Source: Marsupella aquatica
Taxonomy: Eukaryota; Plantae; Marchantiophyta
Direction: 5' to 3'
Assembly (NCBI GenBank): GCA_973895155.1
Contig: OZ316897.1
Span: 5,287,976 to 5,351,975, forward strand
DNA: 64,000 nt
Shown here: piece after piece, positions 36,001 through 47,097 of the stretch
Position numbering within the stretch: position 1 is the stretch's first letter
Layout of the letters: each line of letters starts with the position of its first letter
Made by a program: the position numbers and the translations under genes
The notes under the pieces: model-generated
Seen by the model: the letters and a program-made list of their open reading frames with translations, nothing else
What the model was told of the DNA's origin: nothing
Databases searched by the model: none

Positions 36001-37743
36001 GTTGCCGTTGTTGTTGCCGATGCCGATTTCTTTTCTTTCTCCAGTAGTTTCAGCAGACTCTGCATGCCTGGTTGCTGCATCGGCAAGTCCTCCTTCCTGG
36101 GCCTAAACACCTGCTCGATCGTAGGGCTAACAGGTGGTTGAGGCTTCTTAGCCAACGGCCTCGGCGTTGGAGCTTCCTCGGGTGCCCTTACCTGCAGGGG
36201 AAGTACCGGGGCAAAAGTCTGACCTCTGGCATACCGGCACAACAGCGGCATGTGATAGCCAAGCCGCGACACGCTCCCCATGCCGATTACCTGCTGCTCC
36301 TCCTTTAAGATCTTCTTCAATTGGTTGAGGAGGTACCCGTTGTAGTCCCGGCTTGGGTCTGGCCTTTCTGCCAGATAGACCTGTGCCTTGCCGATCTCTG
36401 CCCTCGGCAAGTTACAATGCATGGTCACCCGCAAGAAGTCGATCATCTCTCCTATGTGCGGGTTGGTGCAGGTGTTCCGGAAGAAGCCATTCTTCGTTGA
36501 TGGCCCGGGGAACGACCGGAACTCCTTGTCAGGCAAGGTCTTCCTGGTATCAACTTTGGTCTTATTGCCTATCGGCAAGCCAAACACTTCGGCAATTACC
36601 TTGGGAGTAAGATAGAAATCCTTCCCATATATCCTCGTGCAATTGGTCTCGGGTTCCCATGACCCCACGAATTCTAATAGGTCTGACTCCGGTACCTCCG
36701 GCTTCAGCCATGGTAATCTTACAAAGGCCTCTAAGCCGGATCCGGCCATGAAGTCTTGGTACTTCTTGGTCTGCATGGCCGTGAAGCATGCATCCTCCTC
36801 CCGTGCAAAATGTAGTTGCACCTCCACCGGTAGGGTTGCCGCCCAGCCCTTCCAGGTGTCATCCCTGGTTGGAATGGCCTTGATGGGATCGACCTCCTCC
36901 TCTTCGGCTTCTCCCTGCCTCCTGCTCTGCTGCTCGGCTGGCTTCTTTGGTGCCGCCGACCTCGTTCTTTTTGCCGGGGTGGCTTCATCGTTGACGGCTC
37001 CCTTCCTCTTCATCTCTGCTGCCGTGGAGGTTTCTCCTAGCACCGTTGCCTGGGTCCACCTTTCCGTGCTACCCTTTAATTCCCAGTGTATGTCGTTGCA
37101 GTTCTTGATGGCCTCTCGGATGCCGACGATGCTGTCTTTGCAAAACAGAAGATCATCGAGTTGATTGGAAGTAGGCGTCCACACGAACTCGTCCTTGATG
37201 AGTTCGCCTCCTAAGAAAGCCGTCTTCTGCAGCTCCCACAATCGAGCGAGCTCCTGCCGTTCTCGAGCTACCCTTTCTGATTCCTCGTCCTCATAAGTCT
37301 TGATGTACTCAGTTGCCCGTTCGAACAGGCATCCCCAGAAATGTGCCGCTTGATTGACGTTGCTCATACCCTCCTTAGGTCGATCGTCGGTATCTACTCT
37401 CTCCCCGAGTGCTTGCCTAAGCAGCTGACAGTAGTTGGCCTCCCGTAGTCGTCTGCCTAGTTCGTGCTCGCAAATGAGCCACCATCTCCTGCAAGCGCTC
37501 CTTACCCCTCTCCTCTGCCGGTCCTTCTTCCCGTTGATCCTTCCTAGCCGCCGACGCTTAACGCGCCCTAACCCTAATCGAGTTTTCACCCTCAGCATCC
37601 TTACCTCCGGCCTCGGCCCGGGTTCCATGGTTGCCCCTAATGGTTTATATTTTCCTTGTTTTGTCCCTATACTAAGGTGTTCCTAGGGTGCCTTCCTGCT
37701 TTACCTACTTAACTGGCCGAGTGATTCCTGTCTAGGCATCACA
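33084..37743 (-). mobile_element. Family I TGT..ACA ORF-bearing unit, complete (4660 bp)
   Basis: Termini TGTGATGC...GCACCACA (7/8 inverted match). Perfect TSD CTAAG at 33079-33083 and 37744-37748. Removing it rejoins the family II 3' region. Confidence 0.93.
33996..37628 (-). CDS. Intact family I protein (1210 aa, or 1123 aa from M88 at 37367): N-domain, Athila-ORF/Transposase_32-like core, long coiled coil, basic NLS-like patch
   Basis: Uninterrupted 3.6-kb ORF containing FVRLPW..LLEFVGSW..IYGKDFYLTPKVIAEVFGLP, a heptad-rich region and PEKKKKRKP. Two homologous decayed copies lie in the window. Confidence 0.85.
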   Translation of the reverse strand: MEPGPRPEVRMLRVKTRLGLGRVKRRRLGRINGKKDRQRRGVRSACRRWWLICEHELGRRLREANYCQLLRQALGERVDTDDRPKEGMSNVNQAAHFWGCLFERATEYIKTYEDEESERVARERQELARLWELQKTAFLGGELIKDEFVWTPTSNQLDDLLFCKDSIVGIREAIKNCNDIHWELKGSTERWTQATVLGETSTAAEMKRKGAVNDEATPAKRTRSAAPKKPAEQQSRRQGEAEEEEVDPIKAIPTRDDTWKGWAATLPVEVQLHFAREEDACFTAMQTKKYQDFMAGSGLEAFVRLPWLKPEVPESDLLEFVGSWEPETNCTRIYGKDFYLTPKVIAEVFGLPIGNKTKVDTRKTLPDKEFRSFPGPSTKNGFFRNTCTNPHIGEMIDFLRVTMHCNLPRAEIGKAQVYLAERPDPSRDYNGYLLNQLKKILKEEQQVIGMGSVSRLGYHMPLLCRYARGQTFAPVLPLQVRAPEEAPTPRPLAKKPQPPVSPTIEQVFRPRKEDLPMQQPGMQSLLKLLEKEKKSASATTTATATIQDTTTEVGLHRLTRENPFAGDKERIRPESKPGVRMYVGISSSESEAELPEAPTEEEREKPDGQEVEEAVEDCSHDNSGYGSDHHVPGVRTCGRFVPTLPRVVRGDPNQQSSPESPPPDVAPPSFDGIKQTVQEFQERIKQEEEAALAREKDLPGGDWPEDIRRLAKKGSKPLATIEEIRKTAWEQRPRWAMPITSTYSTYAKNRAMEYGEMCGELALGIFGEELEVGPFFHREQLEKHQLEEAVALERSKKDEVIRRLRRMEAEIEDLRAAKKAQDELRIKRHELNIMQGQLDTAQADNQNIKDKLTQTQGELADTIKEREKWKQELKNTEEAHITANSRAMVETQRKEWALKGELEKIRGALEQKEAELGKSYQGIMALQQELASLTASFKADLREKDEMLKQTYAKMNQMESVIIAELDKELRATPEERTTLKQEREEAQKELEEARKDLDETQEELEEITRKMENLQRRADNQTERLKKQAAVFKCLSSSGPTPIGATKLPGVVLAEEKAAPTAPVPEVSGKGKGPAAEPEKKKKRKPSGSRSNPTPQAVVTKEVEPAPSSGMNTAIDPAIITGGGGAAQAKLLSNEAGIPDPPLEQAGETVAEAEAVTDSQADANADGGPSQAEGELTQSRAGNLSGNEPTAVAEEEALGASIKDPPPVS

Positions 37744-38215
37744 CTAAGTGTACGCATATGTCTCCTATGTAGTAAAATCCTTTCCCAATATTTCCTTCGT
37801 GTAAATCGAGATTGTATGCTTGTGCGTATGTATATGTGTGAATCTTGTGTATAGGTGCCAACGCTTGGCCGAATGGACTACCCAAGTCGTGCACGGGGTG
37901 CAGCTTGCAGGTAAGCGGTTGCGAGCCCGGGTTGAGTACCCATATCATCGAATCCGGATCAAAGGCGGACAACACAAAGGCTTGGAAGCCTGTAAGCCGG
38001 GGTCGATCCTGCTATCGACTGAGGTATGTTCCGGCAGCGGAACACAAACCATACCTAGGAGGTGTTTGTATATGACAATAGGCGCACTTAGCGCTAGTTT
38101 ACGTGAGTTAGGTGCAGTCCGTGCCTCCCTCCCTGCCCGAACCTTCATTTTGACGAAGGATGTGCCTGTCTAAGCCAAAGCCCGGGTTAAGGCCTAGGCT
38201 GACGACGTGACAACA

Positions 38216-40490
38216 TACCCCCGGGCTAGGCCTAGGTCCATCTGGTGGACAACACCGAGTGTTTGTCAAGCTCTGGGGCACAGGTTAGTCCTTAGCTAGA
38301 GCAACGTCCCCAAAAGTGAGCTAGGGCAACGCCAGGTCCAGATCCAACGATGCGGACTAACACTAGCCCCACACCGGCTCTAGTCCTATCCAACCAACCA
38401 ACCAACACCCAGTCCCAGAGGGCCTCAAACTACCGTCAACCAAACCTGCTGTAGGTAAACCGCGTCCCCGAGGTAGTCTGGACCGGTACCAAGAACCCTT
38501 TGCACGCGAATTATCTCAAGGAGCATCAATTGGAGCAATTTTCTCAACTAAACTGGAGGCCCACCGCCTTCGGACCAAGGGAGATATACGAGTTCATCTC
38601 CAATTTTGATATTGACATGCCTACCACCAAGGTATCAAGGCAAGTCTTGTCACTTACGGAGCACTGATTGGCCCAGATCTTTCGTCTACCAACTGGGCCG
38701 GTGCTGATCAAACTCCGGATCCGGGATAAGGAGTACACGCCAAGTACTTCAAACCAGAAGGCTCTTGATGGACAACGGGTACAAACAGGGCTCATGTACC
38801 AATCTAACCTGTATGGAGCGGCTAAACTTCATACAGACTACCCTGCACATGATCAAACCCCCGTCTGAGATTTCCCTTTGTACGATTGTGCAGGTGGAGC
38901 AATAGAAGCGGTGAAACTAGGCCCAATTCTTTAGCCACCGGTTTTTGGGAGAGCTCAAATGGGCATGCCTATCGGGAGAAGGATGTACTTGGGGAGTCAC
39001 ATTGCAATCATCCTAGACTGGTACAAACAGTGGCGTGAGACCAGAGGAAAGAATATGGCCACCTTGGCTCCAAGCAATGCCGCCACCACCCCCGGACATA
39101 CCGGCCTGAGCGCCCCGACTACTGCGGCTTGGGTAACCCCCAATCCCGTCATTCCTCAAACTACCCCTCCACCCTCCACTCTGTTAGGCATCATTATGAA
39201 TAATGGGCCTCCCTCGCCATTGAACCCCCACTGCCCTCAACGCAGCCACCTCCAATTCCACCACCACCTGAGGAACCCATTCCTTCCCCAGTGCAGACTC
39301 CAAAGGAGGTCATCGCTCCGACCGTGGACATACCCTTACCCAAGAGAATGGAGGATTACAGAGTAGTTATGGGGACCTTGACCCACGACCTAATCCAAAA
39401 GTTTAGCCAGGATCTATTGGGGGAACTAGCAACATACATTGGGCAACAGGTCGCCTAGTACTTCCAACTGGCCTTCTTCATGTTAGATCACCAACTGCGG
39501 ATTGTAATCCGCATGGAGGATGAACTCATGGCCAAGGGGAATGAGATCGGGGACCTCCAGATGACAATGGAGTGACTGGGGAAGCGGCCATCGCTCGCAG
39601 GGAGGAGTTAGTCCGTATCACCCAACAACTAAACGGACTAAACCAAGAGTTGCTTAAGGCTCGGGCTGACATCACGGGACTCAAATACACTGTACTCCAG
39701 CTTCAAATGGAGTCCTCGGCTCGGGTTGATAGCCTGACCAACCTAAATAACCAGTTTGTTCAGGCTGCCTAGCAGGTCAGTGCTATCACCGCCAATCGGG
39801 ATAAGCTGTTAGCCCAAAACCAGGCCAACCTTCAAACAATCGGCCAGCTCAACTTGGAGGTGGCCCGACTCTAGGCGGAGGTTGACAATGTCTCCAATGA
39901 AGCGGAGGAGGCGGTGCCGGATAACAAGGTCTTACAGGAGCGGATTACCCTATTGATAAGCCAGCGGAGCAAGGCGGGAAACGCCTCTGATCAAGGCGGC
40001 TTGAGGCACCAACCTGACAAGGGGACAAACCCTGGACCAATGGCGTGACGCGTGGGAGGGTGGTTAGCACTGGGGGCAATCAGGCGGCTGCGCAGTGCAA
40101 TCGGTGAGCCAGGGTTTCTTTTGGGGTTAACCGTAATGGTAGAGTAGCTGTCGTTAGGCACCAATTAGCGATGTGGTAGCAAGATTAGGACAAGTTAGTT
40201 AGCATCATCCAACGTAGGATAGGCGGCAATCAACGGGCTAGAACAATTGGCAAAAGGACTTAGGTGTTAGCGCCGCAGTCAGTAACCCTTGCCACTGACT
40301 ATCAACAGGACAATCGGCAAGCGGGTCAACCGCGTCAATAAGTAGTTAGGTAGGTAGGTCGTGGCCGAGGGAGGTGGCATCTCCCCCGCCCATCAGAAAA
40401 TAGTATTTAGGTTCTCCCTTCCACTAGTGAAGGGGAGAGGCTAGTGCCGTATTTCAATTAGGAAAAGAATGGCGCACGGGGAGTCCCAGC
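38216..40490 (+). mobile_element. Family III unit, copy b (heavily decayed, both ends missing)
   Basis: Colinear with 48141-50391 (YLGSHIAIIL.WYK, coiled coil, 3' CACGGGGAGTCCC). Confidence 0.82.
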
Positions 40491-42140
40491 TTTTTGAGCT
40501 TATTAAGACTTATAGTTACCTCTTTGTGTGTAATTTCAGTGTAGTTGAAGGCTTTAGCCTTGGTCAACTTTGAACCTAGAAGATTGAATGAGAAGTTAAT
40601 AGTGATAGTTTTAAGGTAGAGTAGCCTTTTGCAATATTTTAATCAAATCTTTGTAAGTCATGAAAAACTTTGATTTTTTGGTGAGTAGATAGAGTTTAAG
40701 ATAGAGAAGTCTACCCTAAAACTTTTAGGCAAAACGAACGTGTAGTTAGGAAGTTAGGCCATTACCATCTCCCAAGTTAACACTTTGGCTCTTTAACACT
40801 TAGAATAATTTTCTATTATTTGTGACTTTATACTATATTGACATCTTTCAGTATTTTATTGGTAGACTTAGATTAGTCTAAAAATTATGAAAATTTGCCA
40901 AAGGGGAGATTATATGTAGTAGAAGGCACTGGAAGAATTTAAGCACAAACATAGTTCAAGTTAGATTTTAAAAAATCACAAAGAATAGGTGTCTAATAGT
41001 TTTTCCGCGGAACCGCTAGGCTGCTAAGCCATTTAGCCGTTTTGTCGTGTGTTGATCAGGAGGGTACTCCTGAATGAAAAGGGGGTAATCAAATATAGTC
41101 GGAAAATAGATGATTGGGGTAATCTAAAACTTGGATAGGGTACTCTAATGTGGACGAGGATAATCATGTACACACGTGAAGTGACACCTAGGGTAATCTA
41201 AAACTGCCCAAGGTGTTATATTATGTTGGGATGTTCTACAAACATAGAGGGTATTCAAAAGAAGGAAAGAAAAGGAAGAGGGTAATCAAACACTAGTACA
41301 TTTTCGGGCCTTTATTCGATAGGATTTACATCGGATCCCTTCAGGAAAATTGACGCAAAAATTTCTATCATCCGATGCAATTCCCAACGTACTTTGCGAT
41401 GCGTAAACCATCGCATATTGACCATCGGACTTCCATCGGACTTTCCGATATTTTGGACAACGGACGTTCCGTTGTAACATGTTACGGATATTTTATGTCC
41501 GATGTAAAATGAATCGGATAACTAACACGCGACGGCACATGACGATTTCCTATGTCCGATACTATTTAAATCGGGATGTCCGATATATTTGATATGGCAA
41601 TTTGCGAAGTAATTTTTATCGGACATTGCGTTATTTATAATAACGGAAAGTGCGTTAGTTTTTGTATTGGACTATCTGATATATTTAAGATGGGAACCTT
41701 GAAGGAGGGGTCCGATGCGTTGGGGATGGGAAAGTTTGAAGGCAGCAGTAGCGGACACTGCTATATTACCGATATGGATGGTAACGGACTTGCAACGGAT
41801 TATCAAATGTTTTGGGGGTGGAATACAGGGTTTCATGGGTGGTTTTTTGGGGGTTTGGGTATTGGTTTAGGGTTGAAGGTGACATACACCAATTAGGAAC
41901 CAAAGATAATGCTATAAACACGAGGTCAAAATATCATATTCAAAAAGGGGATCACCCCAATATGTACAAAATGGATTAGGCCTATTGGGTAGACCCATCC
42001 TGGTCGTGATGGCACGATAGAAGATGTAAAGAGAGCTTTGACTAGAGACTACACTGAGCTATATACAAGGTACCTCCTAGTGAGTGTCTAATCAAAGCTG
42101 TCTAGCACTAGATACCCGGACACCTAAATGCAACTAACCT

Positions 42141-44497
42141 CTAAAAAGGTGTGTTGCGTCCCTTCTTCTTCTTTGGGCGAGAACGAAGGGTGGGTACAGG
42201 TCTAGCATCATGAGAGCCCTCCTCCCTCTGGCTGCCCACAACCGTGGCAGCCACCTCCTCACCAGATGGCATGGGTTGGCCTGATGCAGGCCTAGACCCT
42301 GACCCACTAGATGCACCGCTAGGGTGGTCAGGCAAGGTAGATGTCCCACCAACCCCCGACACGGCAGAGTGAAAGGACGCCTCAGCTCCTCCTGCAGACC
42401 TGCTAGAGTGATGGGATGGTGCACCGACAGATCCTGTGGGTGGCCCATGTCGTGCTGTACTCCCACCAGACTCACGAGATGGTGCGCGCCCTCTAGATCC
42501 ACCATCCGGCACGTCGCCACTACCTCGTCGAGAAGGGCCACATGCACCAGATACTCCTATGCAATCGCCTCGTCCCATGCCATCACCTCTACTACCCCCT
42601 GAGTGCCTGGGCCCCGCACCCTGTGATGCTCCAGAGCGATGGGAGCCCACACCATTAGCAACATGTGACCCACCCCTCCCTACTGATGGGGCAACGGCAC
42701 CAGATGGGGCAACAACACCTCGGACCTGAGGAGTAGGGGTGACTGTGGGCACCCTCCCCAACCCTGCCTCAACATCCTGCTCAGAATCTGAGTCCAACTC
42801 CTCCGACCCAGACCCCTCCTCATCCTGCTCAATAGGGTTTAATTGCAGTTAGAATGAATGGTCCCGACCATAACTCTAACAAATTCATGACAACCTTAAA
42901 CATTATATCACCCTAGGGTGAATACTTACCTCTCCCAACTCATCCTCAAGGTGGCGCTTTAGAGCGCGGGGTCCATCCGTCTTTGCCAAATTCCTCTCCA
43001 ACGGCGCAATAGGGCGACCATACTCTCGCTCCTGAAATTTAAAGATCCAAACCATAGAGGCCAGGTTAATATCAAATCTAGTATTAGCGTGCCCTACCCT
43101 AAACCAAGCCACCCTACATAGCCCTAATGTAACCTTAAACCTTAGTTCACCCTAACTTATACTCTACCCTTAGCTAGTAAAAAATTAACATTAAGTACAT
43201 TCATTCAAAAATTTAAATGTTTTTCTGAGGGGTCCGATGCAAAGTCCGATACAGCCTGCATCGGACGTCTATCGGATGCGTAACAAGAAAAATGGCATGA
43301 CACGGTGTCCGATGCTACTTCCGATGCAAAACCTATCGGATGAGTATCGGAAAGAACAGGCCCGAGAGCAAAAATGAGTTTTGCAAAGGGTTTAAACAAA
43401 AGACATAAGGCACAAACAACTCATTCTTCGTGCAAGGAGTCAGGTGATCAGGGAGTCGAGGTGGGGAGGAGAGGGAGGGCACTTACAAACTCAGCCTTCA
43501 ATCGATTGGAGCCGCCTTGCCCCATCCGGTGAGTGATGGTTGGCCTCCCCTGCACTCTCTCCAATGCTGCTATGATGTGCCTTGGTGGTTTGGGGAGTCT
43601 TGCTGCCTGAGCTGCCCATTGTTGCAGGTTCTGTTGAAGGGGGAGGATATCAACATTCTCCCCAGCCTTTTGCTTCTCCTCTGCCAGCCTAATTTCGTTG
43701 TCCCAATGTCTTCTTTTCAGCCAGGCACGGACTAAGAGTTCCTCCTCAAGCCAAGCCGCCCACTCATCCGGGGAAACATCGTCTGGACAACCCTCCTCCC
43801 TGATCACCTCTACATCCACTGCCATATCTCCAAGGTACTTTCTGAATTTCTCTCGCTGATGATTGCGCATGTCTGAGAGTGATGCTGAAATTCGTTTGTT
43901 TAGGAACCTGTCATCAATGTAGGCCCCGTTCCTGAACCGTTCCTTCACCTGCTCTCTGATTCTCAATCTCTCTTCCTCCTTCTTCTTGCCCCAGTAATCC
44001 AGTGGCCCCAAATTGGCCCTCAGCACCTGCTTGAATTGGCTTCGGAATAGATGGTAGCTCTTAGGCAATGGACCACCACCCGAATTGAGAGCTAGCTCAG
44101 GCCTGAGAGCTCTCTCTGCCTCCTTTCGCCTCTGCTCCTCCAATTGCACTTTCTCAATTGCCCTAGCTTCTTTTCGAAGCTTTTTCTCTCGTTTTCTTGG
44201 AGACAGTGTCTCCTCTGCATCCCCCTTGCCTCTCTTTGCCTCTTTCTTCCTCTTCTTTGCCTCCTTCTCACTTGCAATGCTTGCAGCAGCAGTCTTCTCT
44301 GCCTCACGCCGAGAGGCATCAATCAGCGTTTGGAGGAGTGGGACTACTCTCTCTGCGTCCTCCACACTCAGCCCTGCCTTGGTCACAAAAATGTCCCTCA
44401 TAACTTCATTGTATGGCTGGGACGGTCCCCCTTGCTCTCCACCACCACCTGATCCCCCTTCGTCTCCCCCACCACCTGATCCCCCGCCCCCCTCCAT
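42141..44497 (-). CDS. TnpA-like (Transposase_24/Ptta-En/Spm-like) accessory protein, multi-exon
   Basis: Open exon 44497-43487 with CPDDVSPDEWAAW...HRMGQGG ends at a GTAAGT donor. Probable further exons at ~43113-42930 and 42825-42141 (low complexity, RPKKKKGR). Exon phases are not fully resolved. Confidence 0.6.
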
Positions 44498-45134
44498 CTC
44501 TCCTCCTCCTTCAAGCTCTCCTCCTTGATCCAGCTTCAAAAAAATTGAAAAACACCAAGTGTGAAACGGGGCCCGACGCGCGGGTCTTCGCACCTGCATC
44601 GGTTCTTTTTTCCGAAACAAAACCTGCTGCTTCCGATTCTTTCTGTTTCGGACTTTGCGAAACCAACGGTATCGGACACGCAATTGGACTTTCCGAAACT
44701 ATCTGCTTTGGACCCCTCGTCCTTTTCTTGTGGCCGTGTATTTACCAAGTGTGGCCCGTTTCCTATTGCATCGGACCCCTCATGAAGTTATATCGGATAC
44801 CTCTTGGCTTTCCCAAAGGGGGTCCAATATAATGTTTTGAATTTGGGTTGGGTATGGGATTGGAGGGTTTAGAGTATAATTTAGGATAAGGGCACATGGT
44901 TGGAGTTATTATTTGCTTTCATATTTGAATCCGCGTTTTGTAGGGCTCTACATATGTGAACGGGACAGTGAACGTGTCATGCATGTAGAGGGACCTCTTG
45001 CAAGTTTCTTTGTTGCGGAGAACAAATTTTGGGGTTTGTACCGGACTATGTAATTTTTTTGATAAGCTATGGTCTTGCATGCTTAATATATTGGGCTCTA
45101 ATTAATGATGCAATTGTGTATAGAGTCTTGGTGT

Positions 45135-45845
45135 TTTAGGGGTGGTTGTGGTGATGGGAACTCAATACTATGATATGTAATATAGGATCAAGAAAATACT
45201 ACAAGAAGTTTTTGTATGAACCATTTTCGGGTGAAAGCCTTTTGTTTCATTTCTTTATAGGGGATTATGGGTGTACGTAGAGGTTTTATTAGTATAACAT
45301 TATACCTTTTGTTAGGATAATATTAAACCCCTTCATTAGGCTAATCTTTGTGTTTGGATTTGATGTGTAGTACCTTGCTTTTGGAGGGGTGGTTAACTTT
45401 TTTTGAGGGGGTAGGGAGGTTTCGATTTTGGACAATGCACTATGCATGAAACCGTGCATCCAGGAGGTATGATGTCCTCTTGCAAGTTCCTTGCAAGTTT
45501 AGGGATGGTTGTGGTGATGGGAACTCAATACTATGATATATGATAGACAAAATACTACAAGAAGTTTTTGTACGAACCATTTCTTGGTGAAAGCTATTTG
45601 GATCATTTCTTTGGAGGGGTTTATGGGTTAGGGTTATCGGGTTTTACTAGGATAAGGTTACACCTTTTCTTAGGATAAGGTTCAACCTCCATATATTAGC
45701 TAGGCTAATGGTTGTGTTGGATTTGATGCACAGTACCTTGCGTTTGGAGGGGTGGTTCAATGTTTGTGAGGGGGTAGATAGGTTTTGTTTTGGACAATGC
45801 ACTATGCATAGTGTGAGACCGCGCATCCAGGAGGTATGATGTCCC
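45135..45845. repeat. ~360-bp diverged direct duplication in the CACTA intergenic region
   Basis: GGTTGTGGTGATGGGAACTCAATACTATGATA...CATCCAGGAGGTATGATGTCC occurs at ~45135-45478 and ~45497-45845. Confidence 0.85.
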
Positions 45846-46163
45846 CGCTTCACGAGCTGCATCATTTACACTTAATTTGTATGTTGGAATTTTTTTATAT
45901 GTGGTGTGTTCTTCCTACACTCTTTCGCACTTACAGATTATGTATGCTCATTAGCAAAATGCTCACCCATATATGCAGAGATTTTGGATGTCCCACACCT
46001 TGTGTGTAGAAAATACGACACAGTAGGCTGGCAAAGCGCGGGTATCATTGAGGTACAACAGGACTTTTGTATCTCATGCATTAATTAATTCTATTTTGAT
46101 ACTCCAACACTTGTCTTCTTTTATGCAGCTTACATGAATTCAGAGTGTACTTCATGCATGCAG

Positions 46164-46394
46164 ATGTCTACTTCTGATAGTTCCACATCAGATTCAGACT
46201 CAGACACAAGCTCGTCTGAGGGGGAGGTTCCTCCACCCCCTCCTCCAGATCATCCTCGTGCTCCACTAGGACCCATACCTTGCTAGTGTGTGAGATGTAA
46301 GGGACTTGTGGTTCGACATGCGTGGGAGACTTGTGAGCACATCGAGAACTATGGCCGCCATGAGGGTGATATGCCAGGGTATTTGCCTAGCCAG
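46164..46394 (+). pseudogene. CACTA transposase first exon with a transposase-associated (CxCxxC...H) motif; one premature TAG
   Basis: MSTSDSS...GPIPC*CVRCKGLVVRHAWETCEHIENYG; phase-0 donor CAG|GTACAG after 46394. Confidence 0.6.
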
Positions 46395-47097
46395 GTACAG
46401 ATATGTTTATGTCCCCTATTCATTCCATATATGCATTCCAATTTAGGGTATTGCTTAATTATCTTGCATTTACATCCTGGCACTACTTAATTTATTGATT
46501 TGTGTAAAACCATTGTACGTGTGTTGAAATAGGTGCCTCGTAGGCCCCCACCTCCTTTGGTTCCTGAAGTTGTGTGGTTGGAAGGGTTTCTAGCAAGGGC
46601 CAGGGACTTGCTTGTAGTTCCTCCTGCCCAGATGCCTCTTAGCCCACCTGCTCCTATCCCCACTCCCGTGCCCACACATGAGCATGTAGAGGGGGAACCG
46701 GTCTCTCGGCCCGAGGTTGTGACTACTAGGGTCCTACGTACACGACCACGATCTGGTAGACGTAGACGGCAGTATGGGCTACTGGACCAGGTAGACAGAC
46801 GAGAGGAGGTGTTAGGTACTAGTGATTGACCAGCCGGTAACGTAGATTATATTTGCGTTGAGGGCAGGTTTGGACTATCCTATCTCACTGGTAGGGCTGC
46901 CGAAGTTTTGAAGGACTTTTCTCCAAGTCTCTTCAAATTTCCAGATTTTATTCCTATAGATGAACCAGTTCAAATATGGGGTCGCCCTTGGATAGTGAAG
47001 GCATCCTCTATTGGTCCTGATATAGGATATGGTCTTTTTGCTTTGGAGGATATTGTGGTCCCTCCAAAGCCATGGAGACGTGGTTATGATGGAGAGT

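Larger units (their letters stand above)
28119..38215 (+). mobile_element. Family II unit, copy c (5' ~145 bp missing; hosts insertions at 29810-32069 and 33084-37743)
   Basis: ORF remnants 28448-29809 and 32075-32652 rejoin across TSD GAAGT (..KKFHEEM..). The 3' terminus ..GTGACAACA is at 38215. Confidence 0.85.
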
